DNA from: an uncultured virus (IMG/VR IMGVR_UViG_3300001687_000017)
Taxonomy: Duplodnaviria > Heunggongvirae > Uroviricota > Caudoviricetes
IMG/VR virus record: IMGVR_UViG_3300001687_000017
Strand: one strand, 5' to 3'
Length of the DNA: 64,000 nt
Shown here: positions 47,260 to 56,565 of the stretch, one piece after another
Position numbering within the stretch: position 1 is the first letter of the stretch
Layout of the letters: every line of letters begins with the position of its first letter
Notes under the pieces: model-generated
The model's input: only the letters and a program-made list of their open reading frames with translations
What the model was told of the DNA's origin: nothing
Databases searched by the model: none
Program-made: the position numbers and the translations under genes

Positions 47260-47523
47260 ATGAACACCGAGCGAATCAAGAAGCTGATCGACGAGTGCGA
47301 TGGCAGCCCCGATGGGATCAAGACCACCGCCAATCGCATTCTGGCTGAGGATACGACCATCAAAGTCGGCGACGTTGTCGGGGTTGTCTCCGAGGACGAG
47401 TCGATGGGCATGGTCGGAAAAGGCAAGGTCCAGAGCTTCAGCGACGACAAGGCTTACGCCAACGTCGCTTTTGACGACGGACGCGTTGTTCCGATCCTCA
47501 CCAACGGCTTGTACAAGGTCTAA
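47260..47523 (+). CDS. small SH3/KOW-like protein
   Basis: IKVGDVV.V...GKGKV......ANVAFDDG; TAATTAAG upstream. Confidence 0.65.
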   Translation: MNTERIKKLIDECDGSPDGIKTTANRILAEDTTIKVGDVVGVVSEDESMGMVGKGKVQSFSDDKAYANVAFDDGRVVPILTNGLYKV

Positions 47524-47555
47524 TCCTAGCCGTAGCGCCCGCCGTCCGCTTTTGC

Positions 47556-47583
47556 AGCCGGTCGTCGCCTGGCGACCGGCTTT
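47556..47583 (+). terminator. possible intrinsic terminator
   Basis: AGCCGGTCGTC-GCCT-GGCGACCGGCT-TT. Confidence 0.55.
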
Positions 47584-47621
47584 CCATTTCCTTCATCCAG
47601 CCTGTCCGTAGTTAAGGCGGT

Positions 47622-49022
47622 ATGCCGCTTAACACGAATGACGGCAGGCTGGAACTTCCGACCGGCAAGGTTGACATCACCAGCATGCGCTACCACGAAT
47701 TGTGGTTGCAGCGCTGGCTGTACCAGAGGTTTTTCGTGCGGGAAGGCTACCCGGTGCCGGTCGTTTTCGCCACCCCGATGGACGCCTTTGGCATGTTCAG
47801 CAGGCTGTGGCGGGACGACGCCAACCCGTTTGCCTATCTTCTGGCGCTCAAGGACGAAAACGGCACCCCGCTCTACCAGCCCTACCCGTCCCCGCTTCGG
47901 TATCCCCTGCTTTCGGTGACGCGAAAGAACATCAAATACCGGACGTACCAGAACTTTTCGATTCACCAGTGGCGGCACATCAACTATCCGACGATCAGCG
48001 ATGCTGGCGAAGCCCTGGAGGGTAAGGAGCAACAAGGCGTCGACTTGACTCAGTGCGACCTGGGCAACGTGACCACGGCCCGCATGCCGATGGCCTTCGA
48101 CTACCGGTTCCAGCTCGACCATTTCTGCATGCGGCCCGATACGCAGGCTTTTTACATCGAGCGCCTGCTGCGGCAGTTCTGGCGAACGGGCGGAACGCTC
48201 CAGACGTGGATGACGATTGATTACCCAGGCTGGGGTGAGCAGTACGTGCGAATGTACCTGGAAGGGGATGTGATCGACCACCCGGCTCCCGAGGAAACGG
48301 AGGGCAAGGCCGTCGAATTCAGAACCACCGTAAACCTCGTGATCGAGGGCTTCAGCGTGGATACCGACTTCCAGGTGAAGCCGACGCTTTGGTACTACGT
48401 CTTTAATGCTGCGTCCCCGCAGGACCTTGAGGCTCTGAATTTGCCCGTCGGCAAGGTTGACATGAGGCCGGTGGCTGAAAATCCGGTCCTCGAAGACCGG
48501 GCCGACGAACTGCCTTCAGCCGGAACCTGCAAGGAGGAAGGAGTGATCGAGGCGTACACCGCCGCCGGGACACAGTGGGTTTATTTCGGCGACCCAGGTG
48601 TCCAGGTCGTTCCGCCCGACAACGTCTTTGGCCCGAACAACGACCCAGCCAGTTATCCGACCGACGCCCAGTTCCATCCCAGCGCCTGGTCTTACGGCAT
48701 CGCCTCTACTGTGGCCTTTGGCACGCCGACTATCGACTACGGACCGCCGGTCGCGGCTACAAACGTAAACGGAACATTGGCTGTCGGGCCGAGCATCGAT
48801 GTGAGCTGGGACGATAACGCAGTGGGTGAGTACAGCTACAACGTCCTGCGGCAGACCAACGGCGCGGGCGGATTTTTCGGCATCGACAGCGTTCCGGCGG
48901 ACTCGGTGGCGTACAACGATCCGAGCGTCTCCGGCGGCAACTTTTACGAGTATGTGATCCAGACGGTGGGCGGTGGCGGTACGACGGATTCGGTTTCCAG
49001 CGGCACGATAGCTGTGCCGTGA
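47622..49022 (+). CDS. tail terminator (gp15-like) with C-terminal FN3-like domain
   Basis: VPVVFATP..AF, RYPLLSV.R, PMAFDYRFQLD, FRTTVNLVIEG; C-terminus IDVSWDDNA..E..YNVLR...YNDP.V.....YEYVI. Confidence 0.65.
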   Translation: MPLNTNDGRLELPTGKVDITSMRYHELWLQRWLYQRFFVREGYPVPVVFATPMDAFGMFSRLWRDDANPFAYLLALKDENGTPLYQPYPSPLRYPLLSVTRKNIKYRTYQNFSIHQWRHINYPTISDAGEALEGKEQQGVDLTQCDLGNVTTARMPMAFDYRFQLDHFCMRPDTQAFYIERLLRQFWRTGGTLQTWMTIDYPGWGEQYVRMYLEGDVIDHPAPEETEGKAVEFRTTVNLVIEGFSVDTDFQVKPTLWYYVFNAASPQDLEALNLPVGKVDMRPVAENPVLEDRADELPSAGTCKEEGVIEAYTAAGTQWVYFGDPGVQVVPPDNVFGPNNDPASYPTDAQFHPSAWSYGIASTVAFGTPTIDYGPPVAATNVNGTLAVGPSIDVSWDDNAVGEYSYNVLRQTNGAGGFFGIDSVPADSVAYNDPSVSGGNFYEYVIQTVGGGGTTDSVSSGTIAVP

Positions 49023-49230
49023 GGAGCACTGTAGTTAAGGCTGAATGTGTGTTGGACGTTTCGATGAATGGCGCGCCATTGCTAACGGTGAGAATCGCGG
49101 CGGAGCGGTTGCAGTCGCGCAAGCTGGGCTGCCCTCCGCAAGGCGGCAAAAAGCCCCGAGCATTGATTCGTTTACGCCGAAAGCAGATTCCGACGCGCCC
49201 GACGCAACGTAGTTAAAGCGAGAAACGAGT

Positions 49231-51441
49231 ATGGCAACGATTCGCACGAAAACATTTCCGGGCGTCTATACGCAAATCATCGACCGGAGCTATCTGCTAC
49301 CGCAGACAAGCCGGTTCCGTGGCGGCCTGATTGGCGTGGCGCGTAAAGGCCCGTTTGACACGCCAACCTCAGTGCGGTCGCTCCAGGAATTCCAGCGGCT
49401 GTTTGGCCAACCTCTGGTTGGGAACTATTTCCTGGCCAATGCGGTCGCCATTCTGTCCGACCTCACGGACGGCATGAAGGTGGTCCGTGTCGGGTTCCGG
49501 TCCGACAGCCTGCCGGGTGCGACCTTCACGGCTTCGGCGCTTTCCGTCACTGGGACGGTTACGCCCTACGCCAAGGGGTCGGTGCTCGATCCGGCGCTGT
49601 GGAGCGGGGACGTTTACGTCACCGTCAAGCAGGCTGGGCTGGCGCAGACTGTCAACCAGGTTGTGACCTCGGTCGGCAGCATCGGCCCGGACAGCGCCCT
49701 GGTTTCGTTTACGGACGCCGACGCCATCAAGGCTCTCTACACCAACGCGACGGTCGAGTACTCGATCGGCAACCCGCACGCCAACGAGGCTCAGGGCCTG
49801 CTTTACGCCTACACCTACGGCTCCAACAGCGGCGATCCGTGGGATGCCCCGCTTTACACGGGCTCCTACGTGGTGACCTGCTCGGGCGATAAGGGCGACT
49901 ACGAGATTCAGCTGACCCACCCGAGCACCTATTCGCTTTTCGCCGTTGGTGACCTGCTCAAGATCAGCCAAACCGGCAAGAACGACACCCAGGAAGTCAG
50001 GGTCAAGCAGGCGCTCCCCGATGGGCGCGTGTTGCTGGAAACCACCGATTTGCCGGGCAAGGGCTACCAAGCCCTGGCGCTTCAGGACAGCTACACGGCT
50101 GCCTACGTTTACCGGAAAACCGGCTCCATCTCCTACATCAACCTTGAGGCGGCTTCGGCGGGTGACTGGGCCAACAGTGGCGACATCACCGCCGGGCTCT
50201 TCGTTAAGGTGCGCCCCGGCGGCAAGGCCAACACCAAGAAGTTCGAGGTTTACGAGGACGGGGCCTTGGTCGAGACCATCGACAACCTCTACAACGGCAG
50301 CGGCACCAATTCGTGGTCGGGCCGGATCAACGGCAACAGCCAGTACATCAGCGTCGTCAGCGTGGCCACGTCCGGGACGATGAATTACCTCCCGGCCAAT
50401 TACAGCTATGGCTACGAGGCCGGGGCCTATCTGATCAACTCCGGGTACAACAACTCGGGCGGCAGCTTCAGTGAAGGCTACAACGGCGAGGCCGCCACGG
50501 CGGAGGACTTCATTGGACGCTACGACCCGACGACGGATCGGTACACCGGCATCCAGTCCTTCATCGATACGCCCGAGGCGCGGGTCGACATCATGTGCTG
50601 CCCCGGCATCACCGACGGCGGAAGCTACGATCCGCTCGGCGGCGACACCAGCGGCCTCCACCGCCGGATGTATGAAGTCTGCAACCGGATCAATGCCCTG
50701 GCCATCATCGACGTTCCTCCGGCGCTCAATGCTCGGCAGGCCATCGACTGGCACAATGGCGATGGCCTCTACAGCGGGCGTGGCCGGATCGACAGCTACA
50801 ACATCAGCTGTTTCTGGAACTGGTTCACCATTTCCGACCCGTTCACCGGGGAGGACAAGACGGTGCCGCCCACCTTGGGCGCTCTGCGATGTTTGGCCTT
50901 CACGTTCGACCGCGACAAGCCGTGGTATGTGGCGGCGGGCGACCAGCGCGGCATCATCCCCGAGGCCAAGTACGTCGAGTTCGAGCACGTGTCCGACGAC
51001 ACCAAGCAGTCGATGTACGGCAACGGGCAGTCCATCAACGGCATCTTCCTCGATCGGGGACAGATCAAGCTGTGGGGCGAGCGGACGATGCAGGTGGCCG
51101 AGAGCAAGCTCTCCGTCAACCACAACGTTATCCTCGTCAACTATGTGGTCTACAACCTGTCGGAGATTGGCCGCCGGTTCATCTTCGAGCCCAACGATCC
51201 CGAGCTGCTGGTGCGGGTCCGCCTGGCCTTCGCCCAGTTCCTCGACAACGTCAAGACGGAGCGCGGCATCGAGGAATACGTGCTGGTCATTGACGACACC
51301 AACAACTCGGCGGACACGCGGAACCGCCGCGAGGTCATTGTTGACCTGGCTATTGTCCCGACCGATTCGGTCGAGCGCATCTACATCACCGCCACGGTGC
51401 GCGAAAGCGGCGCGGTGCTTGATGAACTGAACGCTGAGTAA
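49231..51441 (+). CDS. gp18: contractile tail sheath protein
   Basis: FPGVYTQIIDRS, GVARKGP, PWYVAAG..RG, WGERT, FIFEPND, DDTNN, LAIVPT..VERI.I. Confidence 0.96.
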   Translation: MATIRTKTFPGVYTQIIDRSYLLPQTSRFRGGLIGVARKGPFDTPTSVRSLQEFQRLFGQPLVGNYFLANAVAILSDLTDGMKVVRVGFRSDSLPGATFTASALSVTGTVTPYAKGSVLDPALWSGDVYVTVKQAGLAQTVNQVVTSVGSIGPDSALVSFTDADAIKALYTNATVEYSIGNPHANEAQGLLYAYTYGSNSGDPWDAPLYTGSYVVTCSGDKGDYEIQLTHPSTYSLFAVGDLLKISQTGKNDTQEVRVKQALPDGRVLLETTDLPGKGYQALALQDSYTAAYVYRKTGSISYINLEAASAGDWANSGDITAGLFVKVRPGGKANTKKFEVYEDGALVETIDNLYNGSGTNSWSGRINGNSQYISVVSVATSGTMNYLPANYSYGYEAGAYLINSGYNNSGGSFSEGYNGEAATAEDFIGRYDPTTDRYTGIQSFIDTPEARVDIMCCPGITDGGSYDPLGGDTSGLHRRMYEVCNRINALAIIDVPPALNARQAIDWHNGDGLYSGRGRIDSYNISCFWNWFTISDPFTGEDKTVPPTLGALRCLAFTFDRDKPWYVAAGDQRGIIPEAKYVEFEHVSDDTKQSMYGNGQSINGIFLDRGQIKLWGERTMQVAESKLSVNHNVILVNYVVYNLSEIGRRFIFEPNDPELLVRVRLAFAQFLDNVKTERGIEEYVLVIDDTNNSADTRNRREVIVDLAIVPTDSVERIYITATVRESGAVLDELNAE

Positions 51442-51462
51442 ACCAAACAGTCCTAACGTTTT

Positions 51463-52031
51463 ATGGCAAGGCTACGTTACAAAAACACGTTCGCGTCGCA
51501 GAATTCGCGACTCGACCTCCAGCGTGTTGACCTTTTCAAGATCACCCTGGAGCTGCCCACCGCGCTCGGCCTTCCGTGGGACGAGCACGTTGAATTTGCC
51601 GTCGAGAAGTTCCCATTCCCTGACCGGAACAAGGAACTCATCGCCGTCAAGTACATGCAGCAAACCACGACATCCCGGTGCGGTATGCCTTCGCCCAGCG
51701 CACTGCCGAGGCGCTGGAGAAGTGGTTCTGGCTCATTGCCAACCCGCTCACGGGCGGCGTCGGTCTGACCAGCGAGGTCAAGTGTATGGGCTTCATGCGC
51801 TGGCTGATCCCCAACATGCGCAAGCAGATCGCCGACATCCGCAGCCAGGCTATCCCTGGTGAGGACACGATGCGGGACGGAGCCACCTACGTCCTGGAAG
51901 GCTGCCTGATCCGTGGCCTGAAGTTCATCGACGCGGACATGACGACCAGCAACTACGTCAACCTGCAATTCGGCCTGTCAGTTGACCGTTGGTATCCCGA
52001 AAACATTGAGGCACTCCAGCAAACCTATTGA
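51463..52031 (+). CDS. gp19: tail tube protein (gp19-like), split by a frameshift near 51665
   Basis: Directly after the sheath gene. Frame 1 runs DLQRVDLF...VKYMQQT; frame 2 continues DIPVRYAF..AEALEKW...YVLEGC...LSVDRWY. Confidence 0.8.
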
Positions 52032-52528
52032 TGCGCCCCTCTGGCCTAGTCAGTGTCACTCGGATTGTCGACGGTTTCGGGCGGGAGATTCCCCTCGAAG
52101 CCGCGATCCGTTATGGGTGGATCAGCCCCGAGCACCTGGCCGACACGCCAAACCTTTTTGTCGACCAGGGACGCCAGCTGCTGGCCTATTGCTTCGCGTT
52201 TCGCAGCCCGATCGAGAATTACACCTGCTCCAAGTTCGGCGTCGGCACAGGCACCACGGCGGCCAAGGTGACCGATGTCGGCCTGGAAGCCCCGGTGGCG
52301 CTCTCCTCGGGCAATTACACCGCTGCGGTGGACAGCGTGGACTTCCTGACGGCCTTTGTGGTCCGGGTGGCCTTTACGCTCGGCTTAGCCGACGCCAATG
52401 GCAGCCTGATCACCGAGATGGGGCTTTTCAGCGGGAACGATTCCTTGATGGCACGGCGCGTCAGGACCGTGGGCATCAACAAGACGAGCGACTTTGCTCC
52501 AACCCTGACGTGGCGAATCCGATTTTAA
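52031..52528 (+). CDS. baseplate/tail-fibre attachment-like protein
   Basis: GRQLLA, FGVGTG, ANG..ITEMGLF, INKTSD....TWRIRF. Confidence 0.7.
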   Translation: MRPSGLVSVTRIVDGFGREIPLEAAIRYGWISPEHLADTPNLFVDQGRQLLAYCFAFRSPIENYTCSKFGVGTGTTAAKVTDVGLEAPVALSSGNYTAAVDSVDFLTAFVVRVAFTLGLADANGSLITEMGLFSGNDSLMARRVRTVGINKTSDFAPTLTWRIRF

Positions 52529-52540
52529 CCCCTTGCGATT

Positions 52541-52894
52541 ATGGTAATTCACTGCACTGACGGCCAGGTGGTAGGCGAGACTGAAAGCACACTTTTCAAC
52601 GTGCTCCAGCAAGGCCCGGTCTCCATGATGGTCATTATCAAGAATTCGGGCGTGAACACCATGAACTACCGGTTCCAGGAGTACAACGGAACCGCGTGGG
52701 TCGACCTCGGGGCCTCGGGGACGGACTATTACAACACGCTGAGTGCCAGCCAGGTCCGCTCCTTCAAGGTCACGTCCAATTACCCGCAGGTGCAGATGGT
52801 TGGCAATGCGTCCGGTGGTGCGTTCATCGACTTCTCAGTGACCCGCTACTATAACCGGGCCGCAGGCGGGAGCATTCCTATCCTCGCGCTGTAG
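52541..52894 (+). CDS. putative small virion beta-protein
   Basis: In the tail operon; resembles 44270-44719. Confidence 0.7.
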   Translation: MVIHCTDGQVVGETESTLFNVLQQGPVSMMVIIKNSGVNTMNYRFQEYNGTAWVDLGASGTDYYNTLSASQVRSFKVTSNYPQVQMVGNASGGAFIDFSVTRYYNRAAGGSIPILAL

Positions 52895-53777
52895 GCACGT
52901 CCTCCTCGTCGTCCTCGACCATCCGGCTGCGGCTGTGTTCCCGCAGCCGGTAGCTTCGGTAGATCGGCATGTAAGTGCCGTACAAGTCCGGCCAGTCCTC
53001 CAGCAGTTTCGGATCGCCAAGTTGGAGCGGTCTCGGCTCCGGCACATCTACCTCCATGTGGAGCAAGGTTCGATCGAGGCAGTCCGTGAATTGAAGATGG
53101 AGGGAATGAGGCAGTTGCGCCAGGATGGCTTCAAAGGCCGCCTCAAAGCTCATGTCCTCGGTGACCTTCTCGAAGAGCTTCTTCACTTTGACCGGCCCGT
53201 AGCCGTAGAGACCGGAGATGGCATCGGTCTTGTCGCCGAGAATGGCCAGAGCGATGGCCAGCTGGCTGGGATGCTTAATATGCCACTTGTTATTGATGGC
53301 CCGGCTGGTTAGCAGTGACTTTTGGTTGAGGCAGAAAAACTGGACGCGACCGCCCTGGAGCTGTTGCAAGTCTTTGTCGCCGGACGCGACAAAGATGATG
53401 TCAGCCTTACTTTTGTAAACGGCGCTGCACACGACATCGTCGCCTTCGCAGCGGTTGGCCACCGCGTTGGCTGTATCGAGGACAGCTTCCAGCATACCCA
53501 TGACGATTTCGCGGGTCTCGTGATAATTGCTTGGCTTGGGGTCCCTGCCCTTGTCCGAAATGCCCTGGCCGCCTTCGCCGTCCCAGGCAAACAGCGTTCT
53601 GTCGATCCGCTCACCCAGCCGGTCGCTTAAGGGATCGATCAAGCTCAGCGCCGTGGCCATGCAGGCTTTCATCGCGTCGGCGGGCCTGGCCATCTTGCTC
53701 CCGGAGCGCTGGGCGTACGCCACGGCGTAGTAGGCCCTGGCGTAGAGGCTGTTGCCATCCACGATGAGGTCGGTCAT
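52878..53777 (-). CDS. rnh: 5'-3' exonuclease / flap endonuclease (T4 RNase H-like)
   Basis: LIVDGNSL, FAWD, CEGDDVV, SGDKDLQQL, LGDKTDAI.G..G.GP. Confidence 0.93.
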   Translation of the reverse strand: MTDLIVDGNSLYARAYYAVAYAQRSGSKMARPADAMKACMATALSLIDPLSDRLGERIDRTLFAWDGEGGQGISDKGRDPKPSNYHETREIVMGMLEAVLDTANAVANRCEGDDVVCSAVYKSKADIIFVASGDKDLQQLQGGRVQFFCLNQKSLLTSRAINNKWHIKHPSQLAIALAILGDKTDAISGLYGYGPVKVKKLFEKVTEDMSFEAAFEAILAQLPHSLHLQFTDCLDRTLLHMEVDVPEPRPLQLGDPKLLEDWPDLYGTYMPIYRSYRLREHSRSRMVEDDEEDVPTARG

Positions 53778-53974
53778 AGTTCGTCTTCCACTTCAGGAGG
53801 AAGAACCGGGCTCCCCTCGTCCTGTTTGAGCCGCTCAACGGACATCTCCGTGAAGAGGTCCAGGACCCAGTCGGGAGCTTTGGAAAGGTCGCAAGTAAAG
53901 CCGCGTCGCAGCCAGCAAAGGTCAAAGACTCTTTGCCACCTGTTTTGTAAACGTTCCGACGCGGCCCGAACGAA
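53774..53974 (-). CDS. frameshift-accessed extension of the gp26-like gene
   Basis: Startless +1 frame FVRAASERLQNRWQRVFDLCWLRRGFTCDLSKAPDWVLDLFTEMSVERLKQDE...EDEL*, ending in an ATGA overlap with rnh. Confidence 0.65.
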   Translation of the reverse strand, partial: FVRAASERLQNRWQRVFDLCWLRRGFTCDLSKAPDWVLDLFTEMSVERLKQDEGSPVLPPEVEDEL

Positions 53975-54737
53975 AAAATTCGGTCCCTATATTCAGCGGC
54001 CACCGGTAGACTTGCTTGCAATTCACGCACTGCTGCTGGAGGTCCAGCTCAAGATGGGGCGTGATGTCGTTTTCTTGGTCCTCCAGGAACTTGGCATCCT
54101 TGGGCGGCAGCGCTGTGTACCACGCTACCAATTCCTGCATGTTGTCGGGCCGCTCGCCTCCCACGGTCTCGACCATCGTCACGATCCGGGCGACCGAATC
54201 CGGGCAGAGTTTCTTGGACTCAGGGGTTCGGCCAAGGATGTTGATTTCGTCCCCGATCAGGAGCGGACGGATTGTTAGCGTGTCGCCGACGACCGGAAGC
54301 GTGATGCTTTCGTGCCCCGGATAGCCGGGAGGCTTCTTGCCCATCGGCACCAGTTCGTCGGGCACGATGATCTTGTCTTCCTCCTCGTGATTGCAGTAGG
54401 GGCAGGAGGCCACGTAGAAGATTTCGCAGTCGGTTTGGATGGACCGGGAAACCATCAGCACGGTCAGCACGTCCCCTGAGACGAACCGTTCCAGCGGGCA
54501 GCCATTGAGGTTGCAGACCTTCTCCAGGAGCCTGAAGAGGATCGCCTCGTTCTCCATCCCGGCCTCGCGGCGCGCCTCTTGCAGCCAGGTGTCGATTTGA
54601 TAATCCCAGGGGTAAACCGTGATTTCTCCGTTGGGGAACGCCTCCGGGCAGCTGTAGCCGCCGCTCAGAAGCGCGATCTTTTTAGCGAACTTTTCCCGGC
54701 GCGGGGTCAAGTCCTTCAGGTTCGTCTTGATAGCCAT
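53922..54737 (-). CDS. gp26: baseplate hub assembly / tail assembly chaperone (gp26-like)
   Basis: LLSGG..., GDVLTVLM.SR, CPYC, ITLP..GD....RPL..GDE, CVNC, EFFR. Confidence 0.8.
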   Translation of the reverse strand: MAIKTNLKDLTPRREKFAKKIALLSGGYSCPEAFPNGEITVYPWDYQIDTWLQEARREAGMENEAILFRLLEKVCNLNGCPLERFVSGDVLTVLMVSRSIQTDCEIFYVASCPYCNHEEEDKIIVPDELVPMGKKPPGYPGHESITLPVVGDTLTIRPLLIGDEINILGRTPESKKLCPDSVARIVTMVETVGGERPDNMQELVAWYTALPPKDAKFLEDQENDITPHLELDLQQQCVNCKQVYRWPLNIGTEFFRSGRVGTFTKQVAKSL

Positions 54738-54750
54738 ACAGGGAAGAACG

Positions 54751-55749
54751 TTATTCCACGAAGACCTTCTGCGAGATGAGCTGGGCGGACTGCGGCTGGA
54801 TCACGGTTGGTGGCACCTGCGGCGGACTGGTTGGCGTCCCTGGCGTGGCGCTGGTGTGAGTATGCGTGCCCAGCCACGCCAGAAGTGAGGCAACCCAGGT
54901 CGTGAATTGGATGCCCTTGACGGCGGGCTCGACTGCCGATTCGCTGCCGATCCGTAAAAGCGGGGCCGTGGCGACGAAGCTGCTCTGCGCCGTCAAATTG
55001 ATCTGGTTGGCGGTGACCTCAAAATTGTTTACGAAAGTCGCGCTCAAACCCGAGTCGCCGCTGGCGATCACGTCGCCCACGAAGTCCAGGTTCGTGTTGC
55101 CTGCGATCGTCATATCCAGATCGCCGCTCATGGTCTCCACCCGGATGCTGTTGGCCTGGATGTTCAGCTCCAAGCCGATTTGCATGTAGAAGTCCTCCAG
55201 GATATTCAACAGGCCACCTTGGGTTTCGTCGTTCAGCTCCAAAAACTGTCCGCTTTGCGTGATAAGCTGGAGGTAGCCGTCGGAGCCAGCACTTGTGGCG
55301 TCCAGAGCAAAAAGCCGGTAACCCTTGGAGGTTGTCAGGACGATGCTGCCGGAGGTCCATTCGACCGTGTGGCCGTAACGGGTCAGAGCGGAGCGCTTGG
55401 GCTTGCCTTGGCTCGGACCGACGGCTTCGTACTGGTGAAGCGGAAAATCCTCGTTGGCGGTCGTCGTTTGCATGAACCAGGCCCACACCGGCTTTTCCGG
55501 TTCGCCGTCGAGGAACTGTACGGCGACCTGGTCACCTGGCTCCGGTAGCCAATCCATGCCGCCGCTTTGCTGAGACTGCCCGGCGGGCAGGCCCAAGGGG
55601 ATCGCCCACGGCAAGTCATCAAGCGGGACCTGGCCGACTGCGCTGCCAAGAATGCCGTAAACGTGCGGTACGCGCACTTTAACGCGGCCCAGCTTCTCCG
55701 GGTCGTTGACCGCTTCGACCTTTCCAACGTAAATGCCGTTGAGATTCAT
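54751..55749 (-). CDS. gp5: baseplate central spike (gp5/gpV/VgrG-like)
   Basis: YVGKV....DPEKLGRVKVRVP, LPWA, P..GDQV.V.F.DG.P..PV, beta-repeats, HTH tip. Start at ATG 55749. Confidence 0.9.
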   Translation of the reverse strand: MNLNGIYVGKVEAVNDPEKLGRVKVRVPHVYGILGSAVGQVPLDDLPWAIPLGLPAGQSQQSGGMDWLPEPGDQVAVQFLDGEPEKPVWAWFMQTTTANEDFPLHQYEAVGPSQGKPKRSALTRYGHTVEWTSGSIVLTTSKGYRLFALDATSAGSDGYLQLITQSGQFLELNDETQGGLLNILEDFYMQIGLELNIQANSIRVETMSGDLDMTIAGNTNLDFVGDVIASGDSGLSATFVNNFEVTANQINLTAQSSFVATAPLLRIGSESAVEPAVKGIQFTTWVASLLAWLGTHTHTSATPGTPTSPPQVPPTVIQPQSAQLISQKVFVE

Positions 55750-55791
55750 CGTTCTCAGTGTAACTAGCTTGGGAGCGCCGATACTTAAGGT

Positions 55792-56565
55792 ATGCCGTTC
55801 ATCCGGGACACCTTGAACCAATGGGGCCGCCGTGGCGGGGAAAATCCCCAGCGAAACGACCTTTGGCAGGTCGATCTTAGCTCCGTGGTCGTGGGCATCA
55901 ATCTAGCCTTCGAGACTGAGTTTCGCATCGTGCCGAAATGGTACCCGGCATCCATTAGAATTCCTGAGCCAAAGGTCAAGGCGGAGGCCACGCGCCGGGA
56001 CAGCCGGTCCTACATGATGCCGAGCTGGGACGAGCCCTTTGACCCGATCATGCTCAATTTCCTGGTCGACGACGGCGGCTATCGTACTAAGCAGAACACG
56101 GCTGTCACGCCCTACAGCGAGATTTACGCAATTCTGGATGCCTGGCGGCGCATGGTGCGCTCTGGTCGTGGCTCGGTGGGTGCGGAAAGTGAGCCGCTCC
56201 GGCTCAACGAGAACTATCAGCAGCCTTTCCTGTTTCCGATTTACCTTTGGACGGCACGGGGCGTGCGCCCGGTGAACGCTCTGGCCGCCGCGTACAGCCG
56301 GGCTGCGGCTACGTCGCCGCTGGGCGATCCGGCCACCATGTTTCCGGGCTCGACCTCCGCCGCCATCGCCAACAAGTACGCGACGCTTTCGACCGATAAA
56401 TTCAGCGCGTCCATGCAGCGTGCGATGGAGACCTCGGGCATTTACATCCTGGAAAGCTGCTGGCTAGGAGGTTTCAAGCTCGCCGAGCTGAGTTACCGGG
56501 GCAGTGATGTCCTTACCTGCGAGGCCACCATTCACACCGCCAACGTCTTGCAACAAATCCCGTGA
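55792..56565 (+). CDS. tail tube-like paralog (gp19/gp54-like)
   Basis: PQRNDLWQV, LDAWRR, YILESCW.....AELSY; parallels the tube protein. Confidence 0.65.
   Translation: MPFIRDTLNQWGRRGGENPQRNDLWQVDLSSVVVGINLAFETEFRIVPKWYPASIRIPEPKVKAEATRRDSRSYMMPSWDEPFDPIMLNFLVDDGGYRTKQNTAVTPYSEIYAILDAWRRMVRSGRGSVGAESEPLRLNENYQQPFLFPIYLWTARGVRPVNALAAAYSRAAATSPLGDPATMFPGSTSAAIANKYATLSTDKFSASMQRAMETSGIYILESCWLGGFKLAELSYRGSDVLTCEATIHTANVLQQIP

Noticed and set aside
49019..49216. Small ORF between the gp15-like and sheath genes
   Set aside because: A late motif is present at 49032, but the start is ambiguous and there are no protein features; it may be a second sheath promoter.
53611..54030. The -1 frame ORF as the gp26 frameshift product
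   Set aside because: It looks non-protein-like and runs about 165 nt into rnh; the +1 frame fits far better, ending in an ATGA overlap.
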